Below, piece by piece: positions 31,747 to 41,580 of a DNA stretch of 64,000 nt (position 1 is the first letter of the stretch; every line of letters starts with the position of its first letter). Where the stretch lies: the IMG/VR virus record IMGVR_UViG_3300040801_004034, positions 1-64,000 of that record, one strand, 5' to 3'. Under the pieces are notes generated by a model. The model searched no databases and was not told the DNA's origin. It saw only the letters and a list, made by a program, of their open reading frames with translations. The position numbers were made by a program, and so were the translations under genes.

Positions 31747-32490
31747 CTAGCTGTCATTTTCATCTTGCTCTTGTTTGTTAAGAACGTTGATGAAATATTT
31801 TAACTCAGGATATGTATACGTTTTAAGATCATCTGCTGTCATATTAAGACGTTGTTTGACTAGAAATTCAAACTTCAGCAATTGTTCAAGATCTTCATAT
31901 AGAATAGATGTTAAAAAATCTAGTGCTGAACTATCATATAAGCTGAATTCAATATTCTTCGAAACAACTATCTTTTGCTTTTCTGCTTCTTTGCTGAGAA
32001 ACGTATAAAGACTTTTCAAAGGTATAGGTAAATTATCAAGTAGCATACCTTTTTGTTTATCTGTGAAACATTGCACAACATCATCATTTATTTTATAAAG
32101 ACATGCAGTTAAAATATCATACTCATCTTTTGGTATCCGTGATGGCATTATAAAAGATATTTTATAATCACCGGATTTAAACACCGCTGGATTAAAACTG
32201 ATTTTGTTATTGAATATCTTAGTTAAATCATCGGTGTATTCTGTGCCGTTTTTCTTATACGATAAGTTATTACCAAATATTGTATTTCTCAGTGTAGTAA
32301 TTGTAAACACTATATCAAGCACATTTTTACAGTTACCTTTTATAACTACTTGTTTGCATATCTGATTAATTACATCAACACGATAATTATGTTCATCTGT
32401 AAGTAACATTTTTGTAATGTTCTTGAGTTCATGAAATGAAATTTCACGGATAGCTATATATTCATTGACCGGTATTGTATTTATTATCAT
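31747..32490 (-). CDS. baseplate hub assembly protein (gp26/gp51-like)
   Basis: Paralog-like; C-terminal TYPELKYFINVL resembles gp51. Confidence 0.4.
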   Translation of the reverse strand: MIINTIPVNEYIAIREISFHELKNITKMLLTDEHNYRVDVINQICKQVVIKGNCKNVLDIVFTITTLRNTIFGNNLSYKKNGTEYTDDLTKIFNNKISFNPAVFKSGDYKISFIMPSRIPKDEYDILTACLYKINDDVVQCFTDKQKGMLLDNLPIPLKSLYTFLSKEAEKQKIVVSKNIEFSLYDSSALDFLTSILYEDLEQLLKFEFLVKQRLNMTADDLKTYTYPELKYFINVLNKQEQDENDS

Positions 32491-33339
32491 TTAAAATCCT
32501 ATAGGATTAATTGTATCTAAAATACTCTTAGGATCCAGAAATATATTGCTACTAATTTCGTATTTATCATACGCCCAGTTAGTTACAAATTCTTCCCCAC
32601 CTTCTGTTGATGGATCGTATGAGTAATCACGGGATGATACATTGAGCGGTACACAGTTATAGAATCTCCATGTTTTACGCGGAATTTGTGACATACCCTT
32701 TTTTGTGGGTGCAAATTGAATAACAGTCATATTTGTTTTAACATCTTTTATTGCTTCTTCAGGATCATCTGGATTACGAGCTACATATCCAAAGTGAGAA
32801 CCTAGAATTACCCAAGGTCTTATAACAGAGTCTGTAAACGACGTGTTTGTTTCTCTCAGTCTTAATGAAAATTGCTGGTTTGTGAATGGTGCTCTGTCAC
32901 CTAACACAATACCAGGTATAAACCCACGATTATTCGGAATTGTTGCTGCTTCATGTCTAAGCTCTTCAGAACCTATATTGAACCCAGTTGAAAAAATACA
33001 TCCAATAATCAGTTGTGATTTTGCATTAGTGGTTACACCTTTTGATAAATTTATATTCCATGCTGATGAATTGACTGTTGGTTCAAAGCGTTGCATCATA
33101 TCAGCAGATATTGCAGACGGAAAATTATCAAAAAATACAAGCCATTGTGTTCTCTTTGGGATAGTATGTGTCCATTGCGACAAGCTATCAAGAAACGTAT
33201 CCCTCATACTTATTAACGGTGTACCTGGCAAGTTGGTACCAAACAGTTGCAAGCTTGGTTGTGCAATCGAACCACCAGCAATACCATTAACAGTATTGCC
33301 TATTCCTTGGATTACATCATTTATAGGGTTAAGAGCCAT
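32491..33339 (-). CDS. tail-tube initiator (gp54-like, tube fold)
   Basis: W.FYNCVPLNV…Y.YD…F.TNWAY; adjacent to gp19. Confidence 0.55.
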   Translation of the reverse strand: MALNPINDVIQGIGNTVNGIAGGSIAQPSLQLFGTNLPGTPLISMRDTFLDSLSQWTHTIPKRTQWLVFFDNFPSAISADMMQRFEPTVNSSAWNINLSKGVTTNAKSQLIIGCIFSTGFNIGSEELRHEAATIPNNRGFIPGIVLGDRAPFTNQQFSLRLRETNTSFTDSVIRPWVILGSHFGYVARNPDDPEEAIKDVKTNMTVIQFAPTKKGMSQIPRKTWRFYNCVPLNVSSRDYSYDPSTEGGEEFVTNWAYDKYEISSNIFLDPKSILDTINPIGF

Positions 33340-33362
33340 TTTTTATTATTTAATACAGGAAA

Positions 33363-33383
33363 GCCCTTATACAAAATAAGGGC
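33363..33383 (-). terminator. hairpin after the tail tube gene
   Basis: GCCCTTAT-ACAAA-ATAAGGGC; only a short U tract. Confidence 0.5.
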
Positions 33384-33414
33384 CTTCCGCATTACTCGTG
33401 TCGTGAGACTTAAA

Positions 33415-33969
33415 TTAATCTTGTGGTGATGTTTCTTTAAAGTAGTGATATGTCACTGTTACATCAAACTCAACGATTTCACCATCACCAGTTTGATCAT
33501 AATCAATTTCACCAACTGATTTAATAGCAACGCCAACAAGTTGGTATTGTTTTGCTCGGTCAAGTTGTTTATCTAACAGAACAAGATCGATTACACTATC
33601 TGGCTTTGGGGCAAAGTAAGCACCTGTTGATGTTTCATCATCAAATGTTGCTCTCGATGCTCGTAAAAAAGCTTCTCTTAAATTGTATTGTTCATCACAG
33701 CGAAATCTAATAACATATGCATCACTACCAGGGTATTTAGCTACACCAGGTACATTGAAAGCTAGCCCCATGAATGGTACTGCTTGAGATGCATTATCTC
33801 TTGCTGGTAATTTAGCTGTTGTTGCATATACTAGCTCATCTTCACCGAATTGAAGACCAATATCACCACCTAAGTCAATATTGAGCACTCTGAATAAATT
33901 CTTACGTGCAAAATCTTTATCTTGAAGTTGGGTATAGAAACCTTGTATATTTTGGGAAGTCTGTGCCAT
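33415..33969 (-). CDS. gp19: tail tube protein gp19
   Basis: ARKNLFRV, AKLPAR, VPFMG…PG, VGEIDY, EIVEFDVTVTYHY. Confidence 0.85.
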   Translation of the reverse strand: MAQTSQNIQGFYTQLQDKDFARKNLFRVLNIDLGGDIGLQFGEDELVYATTAKLPARDNASQAVPFMGLAFNVPGVAKYPGSDAYVIRFRCDEQYNLREAFLRASRATFDDETSTGAYFAPKPDSVIDLVLLDKQLDRAKQYQLVGVAIKSVGEIDYDQTGDGEIVEFDVTVTYHYFKETSPQD

Positions 33970-33983
33970 TTGTAATTATTTAA

Positions 33984-34178
33984 TCAACCAAGTATAAGAC
34001 CGCTGCTGTTTGTTTGTCTGCTATCCAATAAAATTTGTTTTATTGTTATATCAGTTTTATCATACCAAGTATTGTTTATTTTATACCCTAGTGAAGTTAC
34101 CTCATCAATAGTACCTTCTTGATCTATTGTGGAGAATTTACTTTTATACTTTACTGTTTGTCCTTTTTCTACTATCAT
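33984..34178 (-). CDS. small hypothetical protein
   Basis: ORF fills the gap; likely start MIVEKGQ overlapping the upstream stop. Confidence 0.5.
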   Translation of the reverse strand: MIVEKGQTVKYKSKFSTIDQEGTIDEVTSLGYKINNTWYDKTDITIKQILLDSRQTNSSGLILG

Positions 34179-34723
34179 AATGTTGGAATTGTTAGAACAG
34201 CTACCCACGATGTACTTGCTGGTATTGTAATACTACTTGCATTATTATTTCTAATGTACATCTCAAACGCTGATGGTGCTGTGACATATGCATTAATATC
34301 AAGCCCGCTCAAACCACCGGTTGCACTTAATGTTATAGCAACTGCAGCAGTTGTATCAAATTCTTTCAACTCTGTAAAAATAGCACTAACACTATCTAAT
34401 GTAAATGTTGTATTATATAAAGCTCCTGATGCAACTGTAATAGAACCAGGGTTAAAAATAAAATCAAAATATCTATCCTGAACTGTATTGAGTTCACTGA
34501 TTGCTGTCAATACTTGCTGAACTGTGAGTTTGTTTAATTCAAGATCAGCAGATATAGTATCTACAGTTGATGTTATCGTCTCTACGGCTTCCAGTCTTGT
34601 ATTTACAAATGTATCGTATGATATACTATGTGACGTATTTGTTGAAACATCAACAACGTAAATTAGATCACTTCCATCGATTGCGGTTCGTTGTGTTAAG
34701 TCTGTAAGTTTCTTGTCTGGCAT
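34175..34723 (-). CDS. short fibre/decoration-like protein
   Basis: N-terminal KKLTDL…DLIYVVD motif followed by a coiled coil; TAAATA 5 nt upstream. Confidence 0.55.
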   Translation of the reverse strand: MPDKKLTDLTQRTAIDGSDLIYVVDVSTNTSHSISYDTFVNTRLEAVETITSTVDTISADLELNKLTVQQVLTAISELNTVQDRYFDFIFNPGSITVASGALYNTTFTLDSVSAIFTELKEFDTTAAVAITLSATGGLSGLDINAYVTAPSAFEMYIRNNNASSITIPASTSWVAVLTIPTL

Positions 34724-34775
34724 AATATTATTTATTGTGTATCATGTTGTTTCATAGACTCTGATAATATTATAC

Positions 34776-34811
34776 AAAAAAAAACCGCTCCTATTTCTAA
34801 GAGCGGTTTTT
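34776..34811. terminator. intrinsic terminator after the tail sheath gene (potentially bidirectional)
   Basis: A9-CCGCTC-loop-GAGCGG-T5. Confidence 0.85.
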
Positions 34812-34825
34812 GTTTTAAGTGGGAA

Positions 34826-37219
34826 TTATGATGTACCGTTTATGATTTCATCAAAATTAGCACCTGTCTGGGTTGCCAAGAAGTTGACTAAGATAAATTC
34901 AGCTGCTCGAACTGGCTTGATATAAATATCAATCACTAGTTCATTCTGATCAATAACATCATTTGTGTTGTTACGTTCATCACAAATGATTCGGTAATCG
35001 TAAACACCTTCAGTATTCTTAGTAAGTTTGAAGATTGGATCAAGTACGTTGACAACTCGTGTTCGTGTAATCAATGTATTCGGTTCGAACACAAAGTACT
35101 TAGCTGTACGTCTTGTTGCCTTTTCTAACCATAAGAATAATCTACGAACATTAATTCTATCAAATGCACTTGGTTTTGCTTGCATTGTCTTCTGACCGAA
35201 TGTTACAAAACCTTCTCCTGGGAAGAATGCAACCGGGTTAACAGAAATTTTGTATAACTGATCACGTTGCTTCTGTTTAGGGTAGATTGCTAGATCATTA
35301 ACACCTGAAACTAGACCTCTTGTGAAACCTGCTGGTGCATACCAAGGCTGGAAGTTATCATCTGTGTTAGCCATCATAGCTGCCATTGTACCTGACATCG
35401 GTGCCCAGAACTGATCGTCTAGAACACTGTCATAAACCTTACCCCAGTTACCATATGTAGCTGCATAGCTTGTGTTAATTAAACTCATTACAGCTTGGAT
35501 TGGTTTAAGAACGTTTAATGAGAAGTTCTTTGATTTATCTTCAAGAGTCAAGAAATTGCTTCCTTGAACGAAGAACTGTCTTGGAAGATCACCAATGAAC
35601 ATATGATCTTTACGACGTTTTTCAGCAAAATCTGAGAAGCGTTGAAAGATCGTATTGTAATCTGCTCTGAAGGCTTTAGCTTCGTTTGAAATCTCAAGAA
35701 TATTAGATTTGTAGAACCCATCAATAGCACCAACTGCCATTGTATCGTCGAAATATTTCGTACCTGTTGTACGCTCTGTATATTCTGCTGTCGCGTTAAT
35801 AGTGGTAAGACCACCATCAACAGTGAGATCGATATCAAACATATCAATGTTTTCAACACTATCGAATAATCTATCAAGCTTGCGTGGAATAGAACCGAGT
35901 TTCTTTGTCTTAGGATTTGCTTCAGCATATGCACCGAGAGCATAGAGATTATCTGCTGCACCTAATGTTGCTGTTGCTTCAATATAAACATCCTTGATTG
36001 TCTCAGCTTGAGCTGATGTTGTTGCACCTAATGAACTGCTCAATGATACGATATTTGTATTAGCTGCAGATACATTAGCGAAACGAGATGATGTGAAACG
36101 CACCTTCTTCGTTGGCACTCCATTAATATCTAACCATGTGCTACCATTTTTGCTATTAACATATTCATTTGTCATCACAACAACATTCGGTGATGCATTT
36201 TCTCGTGTTTCAATTGAATAGCTGATTGCTGGACCACCATTTTGGTTGTTGATTTGTCTATGTGTATCAAATGAACCAACATATGTTTCTGAAATATTGT
36301 ATGCAAGCTTAATTGTATCAGAGGTGAATGGTGATTGGCTTAATTTAACAACACCGAGCGTTACTGTATCATCAAACTGATTCGATGAAATATCAAACAG
36401 GCTCACATTCTCCATAACTTCAGATATGCTATCATCACTTGAATCAAATGTATTAACTGTTGTTGCAGTATTATCAGAGATTGCTGATAGTGCGAAGTCA
36501 AGTCTTGAACTTGGAAGTGATGTGTATGCTGTTGTAAAGCCTGCTGATTGTGTAACAGTCTTAACACTGAGAATACCATCGAAATCTGTCGCAGGGTTTA
36601 GATTTGTGTTATCAATAGCACCAATATAAAAACCTTGAAACTTCTGATCAATTGTAGTCTGCCCTTTGTTAAGTACAATCATTGCTGCACCGCTTAAGTC
36701 TTGAACGCTATTGAATGATGTTTTCGGTGTATTTCCCCACTGGAAGTATTGAGGATTTTTACCAAGAATACCATAATATTCATCACGTGTAAGTTCAACG
36801 TGTGTTGGTTCACCAAGAATGTATGTCACATCTGTTGATTGTTCATCATACTCAGTAAGTGCTGTACCGAAGTTACTTGATAGTGTACTAACCGCACTAC
36901 ATGGATATGCAAGAGCACCATAATTGCTACCAAAACCAGCTCCTGTATCTTCACCGTATGGTAAGCGATATGTTAAAATATTTGCTGGTGAGTTGAAAAG
37001 TGGTCGAACTGAGTGATAAAAATATCTTTCAGCTGGTGTAGATGGTCTACCGTAAATTTGTTCAAATTCACTCTGGCTTGTAACTTGTATAACCTCATCA
37101 GTTGGCCCTTTAGATGCGAAACCTGGGATTAAAACGTTGGTGCCTGTTGGTAGATTTGCTCTAAGGGATAAATCAATCTCTCTCACCTCGACTCCGGGGC
37201 TCTGTATTTGTCTGCTCAT
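34826..37219 (-). CDS. gp18: tail sheath protein gp18
   Basis: SPGVEVREIDL, PWYAPAGFTRG, SAFDRINVRRLF, FEPN, CDERNN, IKPVRAAEFI. Confidence 0.97.
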   Translation of the reverse strand: MSRQIQSPGVEVREIDLSLRANLPTGTNVLIPGFASKGPTDEVIQVTSQSEFEQIYGRPSTPAERYFYHSVRPLFNSPANILTYRLPYGEDTGAGFGSNYGALAYPCSAVSTLSSNFGTALTEYDEQSTDVTYILGEPTHVELTRDEYYGILGKNPQYFQWGNTPKTSFNSVQDLSGAAMIVLNKGQTTIDQKFQGFYIGAIDNTNLNPATDFDGILSVKTVTQSAGFTTAYTSLPSSRLDFALSAISDNTATTVNTFDSSDDSISEVMENVSLFDISSNQFDDTVTLGVVKLSQSPFTSDTIKLAYNISETYVGSFDTHRQINNQNGGPAISYSIETRENASPNVVVMTNEYVNSKNGSTWLDINGVPTKKVRFTSSRFANVSAANTNIVSLSSSLGATTSAQAETIKDVYIEATATLGAADNLYALGAYAEANPKTKKLGSIPRKLDRLFDSVENIDMFDIDLTVDGGLTTINATAEYTERTTGTKYFDDTMAVGAIDGFYKSNILEISNEAKAFRADYNTIFQRFSDFAEKRRKDHMFIGDLPRQFFVQGSNFLTLEDKSKNFSLNVLKPIQAVMSLINTSYAATYGNWGKVYDSVLDDQFWAPMSGTMAAMMANTDDNFQPWYAPAGFTRGLVSGVNDLAIYPKQKQRDQLYKISVNPVAFFPGEGFVTFGQKTMQAKPSAFDRINVRRLFLWLEKATRRTAKYFVFEPNTLITRTRVVNVLDPIFKLTKNTEGVYDYRIICDERNNTNDVIDQNELVIDIYIKPVRAAEFILVNFLATQTGANFDEIINGTS

Positions 37220-37274
37220 ATACTATTATTTATATATTGCGGGATATTTTATTAGTACATGCTTAAATAATTTT

Positions 37275-38054
37275 ATGACACCAGGTAACGAAATTAACGA
37301 CATACCATATTATGGGTATATTTATATGTGGACGGATATTAAACGACAAATGTTCTATATAGGTTCTCATAAAGGCAGCTTTTATGATAGTTATAAAGCT
37401 AGCAATACAAGATTAAAACATGCTATTAGAAAGAGACCAGATACATTCACTGTAAGAGTTATAGAATATGTATGTTGTAATGACCGTCATGAGCTTCATA
37501 AGGTTGAAGAAAAATGGCTTAAATTTTATAATGTCGATGCAAATTATGCTTTCTATAATCATAAAAAAACAGCAAGTGGTGGATCAGGACCATCATCAAG
37601 AAAAGGTTTAACACATAAACAATTTTACGGTGATGATTACATCGATCCAAGAAAGGGTAAAACATTAGAACAAATTTATGGTGATGAAGCTACTGTTGTA
37701 AGGAACCGTTTATCTAAAACATTGCAAGATTATTATATCAAACATGGGCATGGTATCAAAAAAGGCATAACACATGACGGTGTTGATCCTCGTAAAGGTA
37801 AAACATTAGAAGAAATTTATGGTTACAAAAAATATGCAAATCCTCCTAAACCATTTAAGATCATGATATCAATACCTGGTCAGAATAGTGTATATGAAAC
37901 ATTCGAGTCCGAACGAGATTTTTTCAAACGTACATTGTTTGAAGCTACCACACTCGATAAAATTAAAAAAGATAAACGACATACTGTTAAGCGTAGATTA
38001 CCATCAACGAAACATAAATACCCTGTCGGTACTACGTTTTTGTTGTATCCTTAA
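37275..38054 (+). mobile_element. GIY-YIG (Seg-like) free-standing homing endonuclease
   Basis: GYIY…FYIGSH…R…E…FYN; two DPRKGKTLE[Q/E]IYG repeats; start 5 nt after TAAATA; antisense to its neighbours. Confidence 0.85.
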
Positions 38055-38674
38055 ATTAGTTCAATATATAGCTGCGAAAATGCAAACTCAAAAGATGAAT
38101 ACAATTCCGCAGAGTCGTCGTTATCATATGTGTATTCAATTGCACCAACAGATACAGGGAATGCATCTTTGTAAATAAATTTTACAACATTCTTATTATA
38201 TTCATCAATACCATAAACTGTAAATGTCGTCTGGTATTGTTGCGGTGGTGTTGCAGATCGTTTAATTTTACCAACCGTCGGTTTTTGTACGTTTGCAACA
38301 TTATCAGCATCATATACAGAATCTTTCATATCATTCAACAATGATAGCCATCTTTGTAACAACCAATAATTATAATATCTATTATCAACAGGAAATTGTA
38401 CAGTCACATTTTCGTACGGCTCTCTTGTATGTAATGATACCTTCATACTCTGACCAGCATATTTTAAAGTTTCAGAATTTACTTTTGTACTTGGCACTAT
38501 CGTACCCTTAATTGATAGCTGTAGCGAATCAGTTATAATTTCACCTTTATCACTCGTACCAAAATTTTTAGTATTGATATCTCTTAAAGCATCTGGTATA
38601 TCGATAACAAGTCTAAACTTGTCTGTACGTGCTTGGTTAAGCGTTGATTGAATTATCTCCCCCATTGTGTCCAC
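38051..38674 (-). CDS. tail tube terminator/completion protein (gp3-like, tube fold)
   Basis: VQFPVDNRYYNYWLLQRW…FIYKDAFPVSVGAIEY. Confidence 0.6.
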   Translation of the reverse strand: MDTMGEIIQSTLNQARTDKFRLVIDIPDALRDINTKNFGTSDKGEIITDSLQLSIKGTIVPSTKVNSETLKYAGQSMKVSLHTREPYENVTVQFPVDNRYYNYWLLQRWLSLLNDMKDSVYDADNVANVQKPTVGKIKRSATPPQQYQTTFTVYGIDEYNKNVVKFIYKDAFPVSVGAIEYTYDNDDSAELYSSFEFAFSQLYIELI

Positions 38675-39858
38675 CCTTGTTGTTCTAACATTGCCATATC
38701 ATCATCTTGCGACATACCATTATTTATAAGAGCTGGCATCACATCATAATGTTCTTCATTTTCATTACTCATATAACCACCTGGTCTCATAAACTCTTTG
38801 ATACCATAATCATGCTCTTCAAGTAGAAGTGGTTTGTTTGCCTCGTCTCTCTCAACCACTGTAAAATATTGTTCAATCACATCATCTATAAGAATGATTA
38901 AATTCCACATCAATCCAGCAACACGGTCATCGTAAAATCCTGATTTAGCTTGCCATTTCCCGTTCTTACCCTTTGTGAATGTTTTAAGTTCATTGATTAA
39001 ATGAATGTCACGGATACTTACAGCACGTACATTAGTGACCCAATGTCTCATGTTTGTTACACCAATATGTTTTGTGTTAGTATGACTAATTATACCATTT
39101 TGTATTGATTTACGTTTTGCTTTACTGGCGCCCCACGATACTATTTTTTCATAGTTGTGAACATTTTTAAGACCATCAACGACCTGTGCACCACTATTAT
39201 TACGTTCGACACAGACTAAAGGCATTCCCCAGTTTTGTAATATCTCATGTACTTTTTCAACAAAATTATACGGTGCTATTTCATTGTTATGATAACAAGC
39301 AACCTGTTTAATTTCTGTAAGATCTGTATAATCAAAAATTTGCACCACACTAGCATCACGCCCTATACCTTCACTTGTATCAACACTTGCAACATAGATT
39401 TTCTCATCACTTGGTTCTTCCCATATCTTATAATGGCCGTTATCATAAACATATTTTGGTTCATATGTGTTCGATTTCAAAAACTCGAACATTTCCTCAT
39501 TAATAGTCTGATCTGATGAATCAATCCACACACAATTATGGCTATACATATCATTTGTATAATATGCTTTAGTACCATCAACATTTACGATATCGTAAAC
39601 AACACGATCACCACATGGGTGTTTCGAAATAACTTTCTGTAAACCACTTAAGGTTTCCACACCTGTACCTAGTAGTATATCGTTAACTCGTTCAAAACCG
39701 TATTCCGTTTTCAACATATGGTCATACGATGCAGTTAGACTATATACACCACAGTTAATTGATATACATGGTTTTGTTTGCTTAGATATACCATAGAATG
39801 TTTTATATCCTTCTTCAGTCAATACTTTCGTATTGTTAATATTTTTAATGAATTCCAT
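38653..39858 (-). CDS. gp17: terminase large subunit gp17, C-terminal nuclease half preceded by a 108-aa split-intein C fragment
   Basis: VYDIVNV…YSHN|CVWIDSS…VDTSEGIGRD…CVERN…ELKTF…YDDRV. Confidence 0.92.
   Translation of the reverse strand: MEFIKNINNTKVLTEEGYKTFYGISKQTKPCISINCGVYSLTASYDHMLKTEYGFERVNDILLGTGVETLSGLQKVISKHPCGDRVVYDIVNVDGTKAYYTNDMYSHNCVWIDSSDQTINEEMFEFLKSNTYEPKYVYDNGHYKIWEEPSDEKIYVASVDTSEGIGRDASVVQIFDYTDLTEIKQVACYHNNEIAPYNFVEKVHEILQNWGMPLVCVERNNSGAQVVDGLKNVHNYEKIVSWGASKAKRKSIQNGIISHTNTKHIGVTNMRHWVTNVRAVSIRDIHLINELKTFTKGKNGKWQAKSGFYDDRVAGLMWNLIILIDDVIEQYFTVVERDEANKPLLLEEHDYGIKEFMRPGGYMSNENEEHYDVMPALINNGMSQDDDMAMLEQQGWTQWGR
39535..39858 (-). mobile_element. atypical split intein C fragment (108 aa, carries block B and blocks F/G)
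   Basis: KVLTEEG, TASYDH, VYD…SHN|C. Confidence 0.88.
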
Positions 39859-40721
39859 CTTTAGTAATATTTAGGTCGTTAATAGGAGTAATACGATCAT
39901 CATATATGATAACGAAATTACAGTTCAGTTCTTCCTGTATATCCTGTTGTCTCATATGGTCCTTTTTCATTTGACCTGGTGTAAGATGATATGGCTCATA
40001 CACCTCAAAAACAGTGTTCGTTTTATGACAATAACCGTCTGGAAAATAAGAGAGTACTCTAAAATTTCTATCTATTTTAATATTTTGATGTTGTTCATAA
40101 TAATCTAATATATCAGATTCTCTGTATCCTTTATTGATGAATGATGTTATACCTCTCTGTCGTTTTATATTTTGACATTTTTTACCATTTTGTTTATATT
40201 GTGAATTCCATGCGACGATGATATTCAAGATAATGTTTCCTCCAATCGTTCCCGTATGTATACATGAAATGTTCTCGTTTGTTTGGCATTATTCTGCACT
40301 TACCGCAGTATGCTTTTTCTTTAAATTGCTGTGTAGCAGCGTCCCATGTAATTTTCGAACCGCATTTACAATAGTATTTTCTCGGTATATCACCACCACA
40401 AAAACCTAATATAAACAAATGCGCAGAAAAACTCTTCGTTTTGAGTTTATCATGATATTCTATACCGTAATGTTGCACGCTTTTGAATAATGAAATATCA
40501 TCCTTTTGCATTTTTCTATTACCAGATTTACCGAGATATTTTTTCCAATTATCATCTTCTGATAGCATACTAATAGTTTTTTGCTTACTATATAATTGTG
40601 CTTGTTCTAATCGGTTTTTTTGTGTTGTATACCAATTTGTTGTTATTTCACTCTGGTTTTCATTTGCTTTCGCACTGTAGTCTTTCGTAAAGTTCTTCGA
40701 TTGTTTGGGTATATTGTTCAT
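39845..40721 (-). pseudogene. homing endonuclease between the terminase halves, broken into two overlapping frames (40194..40721 and 39845..40228)
   Basis: 5' ORF has CKCG…YCGKC zinc motifs; 3' ORF has a Vsr/PD-(D/E)XK-like YFPDGY…EVYEPYH…KD motif; 35-nt overlap. Confidence 0.65.
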
Positions 40722-40761
40722 TTTTATTACTTAATCGAACAAGAGTGTTTCCAGCGCAACA
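40660..40761 (-). mobile_element. atypically short split intein N fragment (33 aa)
   Basis: CCAGNTLVRL…TIEELYERL then stop; block A only. Confidence 0.88.
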
Positions 40762-41562
40762 ACCAAATTCTTGATCAAACGCTTCTTCACTATCCATACT
40801 AGCTTTTGTAAGCTTTACCCATGCATCATCTCTACCAGGTACTTCATTCCAAAGCACCTTATCACATGCCCAACCATTTGTGTTGTTTTCTGCACCAGTG
40901 AAAAGCTTGTAAAATAAGTTGTCAGTACCATTTGCAGTAGATGCTATAAAAATCTTAGATTTCTTAGAAGATGAAATAACAGGGTATACAGATGACCAGA
41001 ACGGCTTCATAATATGTGGTTCAACGAAAGCCATTTCGTCAATAATAAGAGTACCAACTGCTTGACCACGAGCTGCAGTACCTGTTGTTGTCGAAATATT
41101 AATCTGACTACCATTACTCAATTCAACTGATGTCTTACCATAAGCAACAACACCAGGCTTTAACCAGTTTGGCAATTCTTCGTATGCAAGTCTAACACGA
41201 CCGAGAATTTCAATAGCTGTATCCTCTTTATTTGCTACAATAAGAATACGTTGGTCTTTTTGAAAGCAAGCCACCCATAAAGCGTATATTGTAAAGAGTG
41301 TTGTTTTACCAATCTGTCTAGATGCTAATAATATAAAGAAACGATTTTTGACCATCTTCCTAAGAACCCGGTCCTGAAATTTATGAAGCGTGATAGGTTT
41401 TCTACCTTCGTCAACATTAATAATAGTAAAAAACTTTGAGAAAAAATGAATATCATTTTTTGCTTTAATCAGATCACGCATCATCTCTGGTGTATAATCG
41501 TGTTCAGCTCTCGCGGTAGGCAAATTAGGATTATTTTTGTATGACTGTGTATTTTGCGACAT
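40660..41562 (-). CDS. gp17: terminase large subunit gp17, N-terminal ATPase half followed by a 33-aa split-intein N fragment
   Basis: SRQIGKTT, ARG, IIDEMAF, ASTANG, WNEVPGRD, QEFG|CCAGNTLV…. Confidence 0.93.
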   Translation of the reverse strand: MSQNTQSYKNNPNLPTARAEHDYTPEMMRDLIKAKNDIHFFSKFFTIINVDEGRKPITLHKFQDRVLRKMVKNRFFILLASRQIGKTTLFTIYALWVACFQKDQRILIVANKEDTAIEILGRVRLAYEELPNWLKPGVVAYGKTSVELSNGSQINISTTTGTAARGQAVGTLIIDEMAFVEPHIMKPFWSSVYPVISSSKKSKIFIASTANGTDNLFYKLFTGAENNTNGWACDKVLWNEVPGRDDAWVKLTKASMDSEEAFDQEFGCCAGNTLVRLSNKNEQYTQTIEELYERLQCESK

Positions 41563-41569
41563 AGGCGTA

Positions 41570-41579
41570 TAAATATTTA
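41570..41579. promoter_or_regulatory. palindromic TAAATATTTA, a likely bidirectional late promoter
   Basis: Sits in the 18-nt gap between divergent ATGs at 41562 (-) and 41581 (+). Confidence 0.6.
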
Positions 41580-41580
41580 C

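Noticed and set aside
32843-33379. Long antisense ORFs in the track (for example 32843..33379, 18944..19333, 30051..30371, 1133..1486)
   Set aside because: They are shadows of well-supported genes on the opposite strand, with no motifs or promoter signals.
37137-37274. ORF-track upstream start extensions (37137, 23006, 23652, 41554, 50793, 51046, 58522, 61755)
   Set aside because: Most overlap neighbouring genes; downstream ATGs fit the promoter spacing or translational coupling better.
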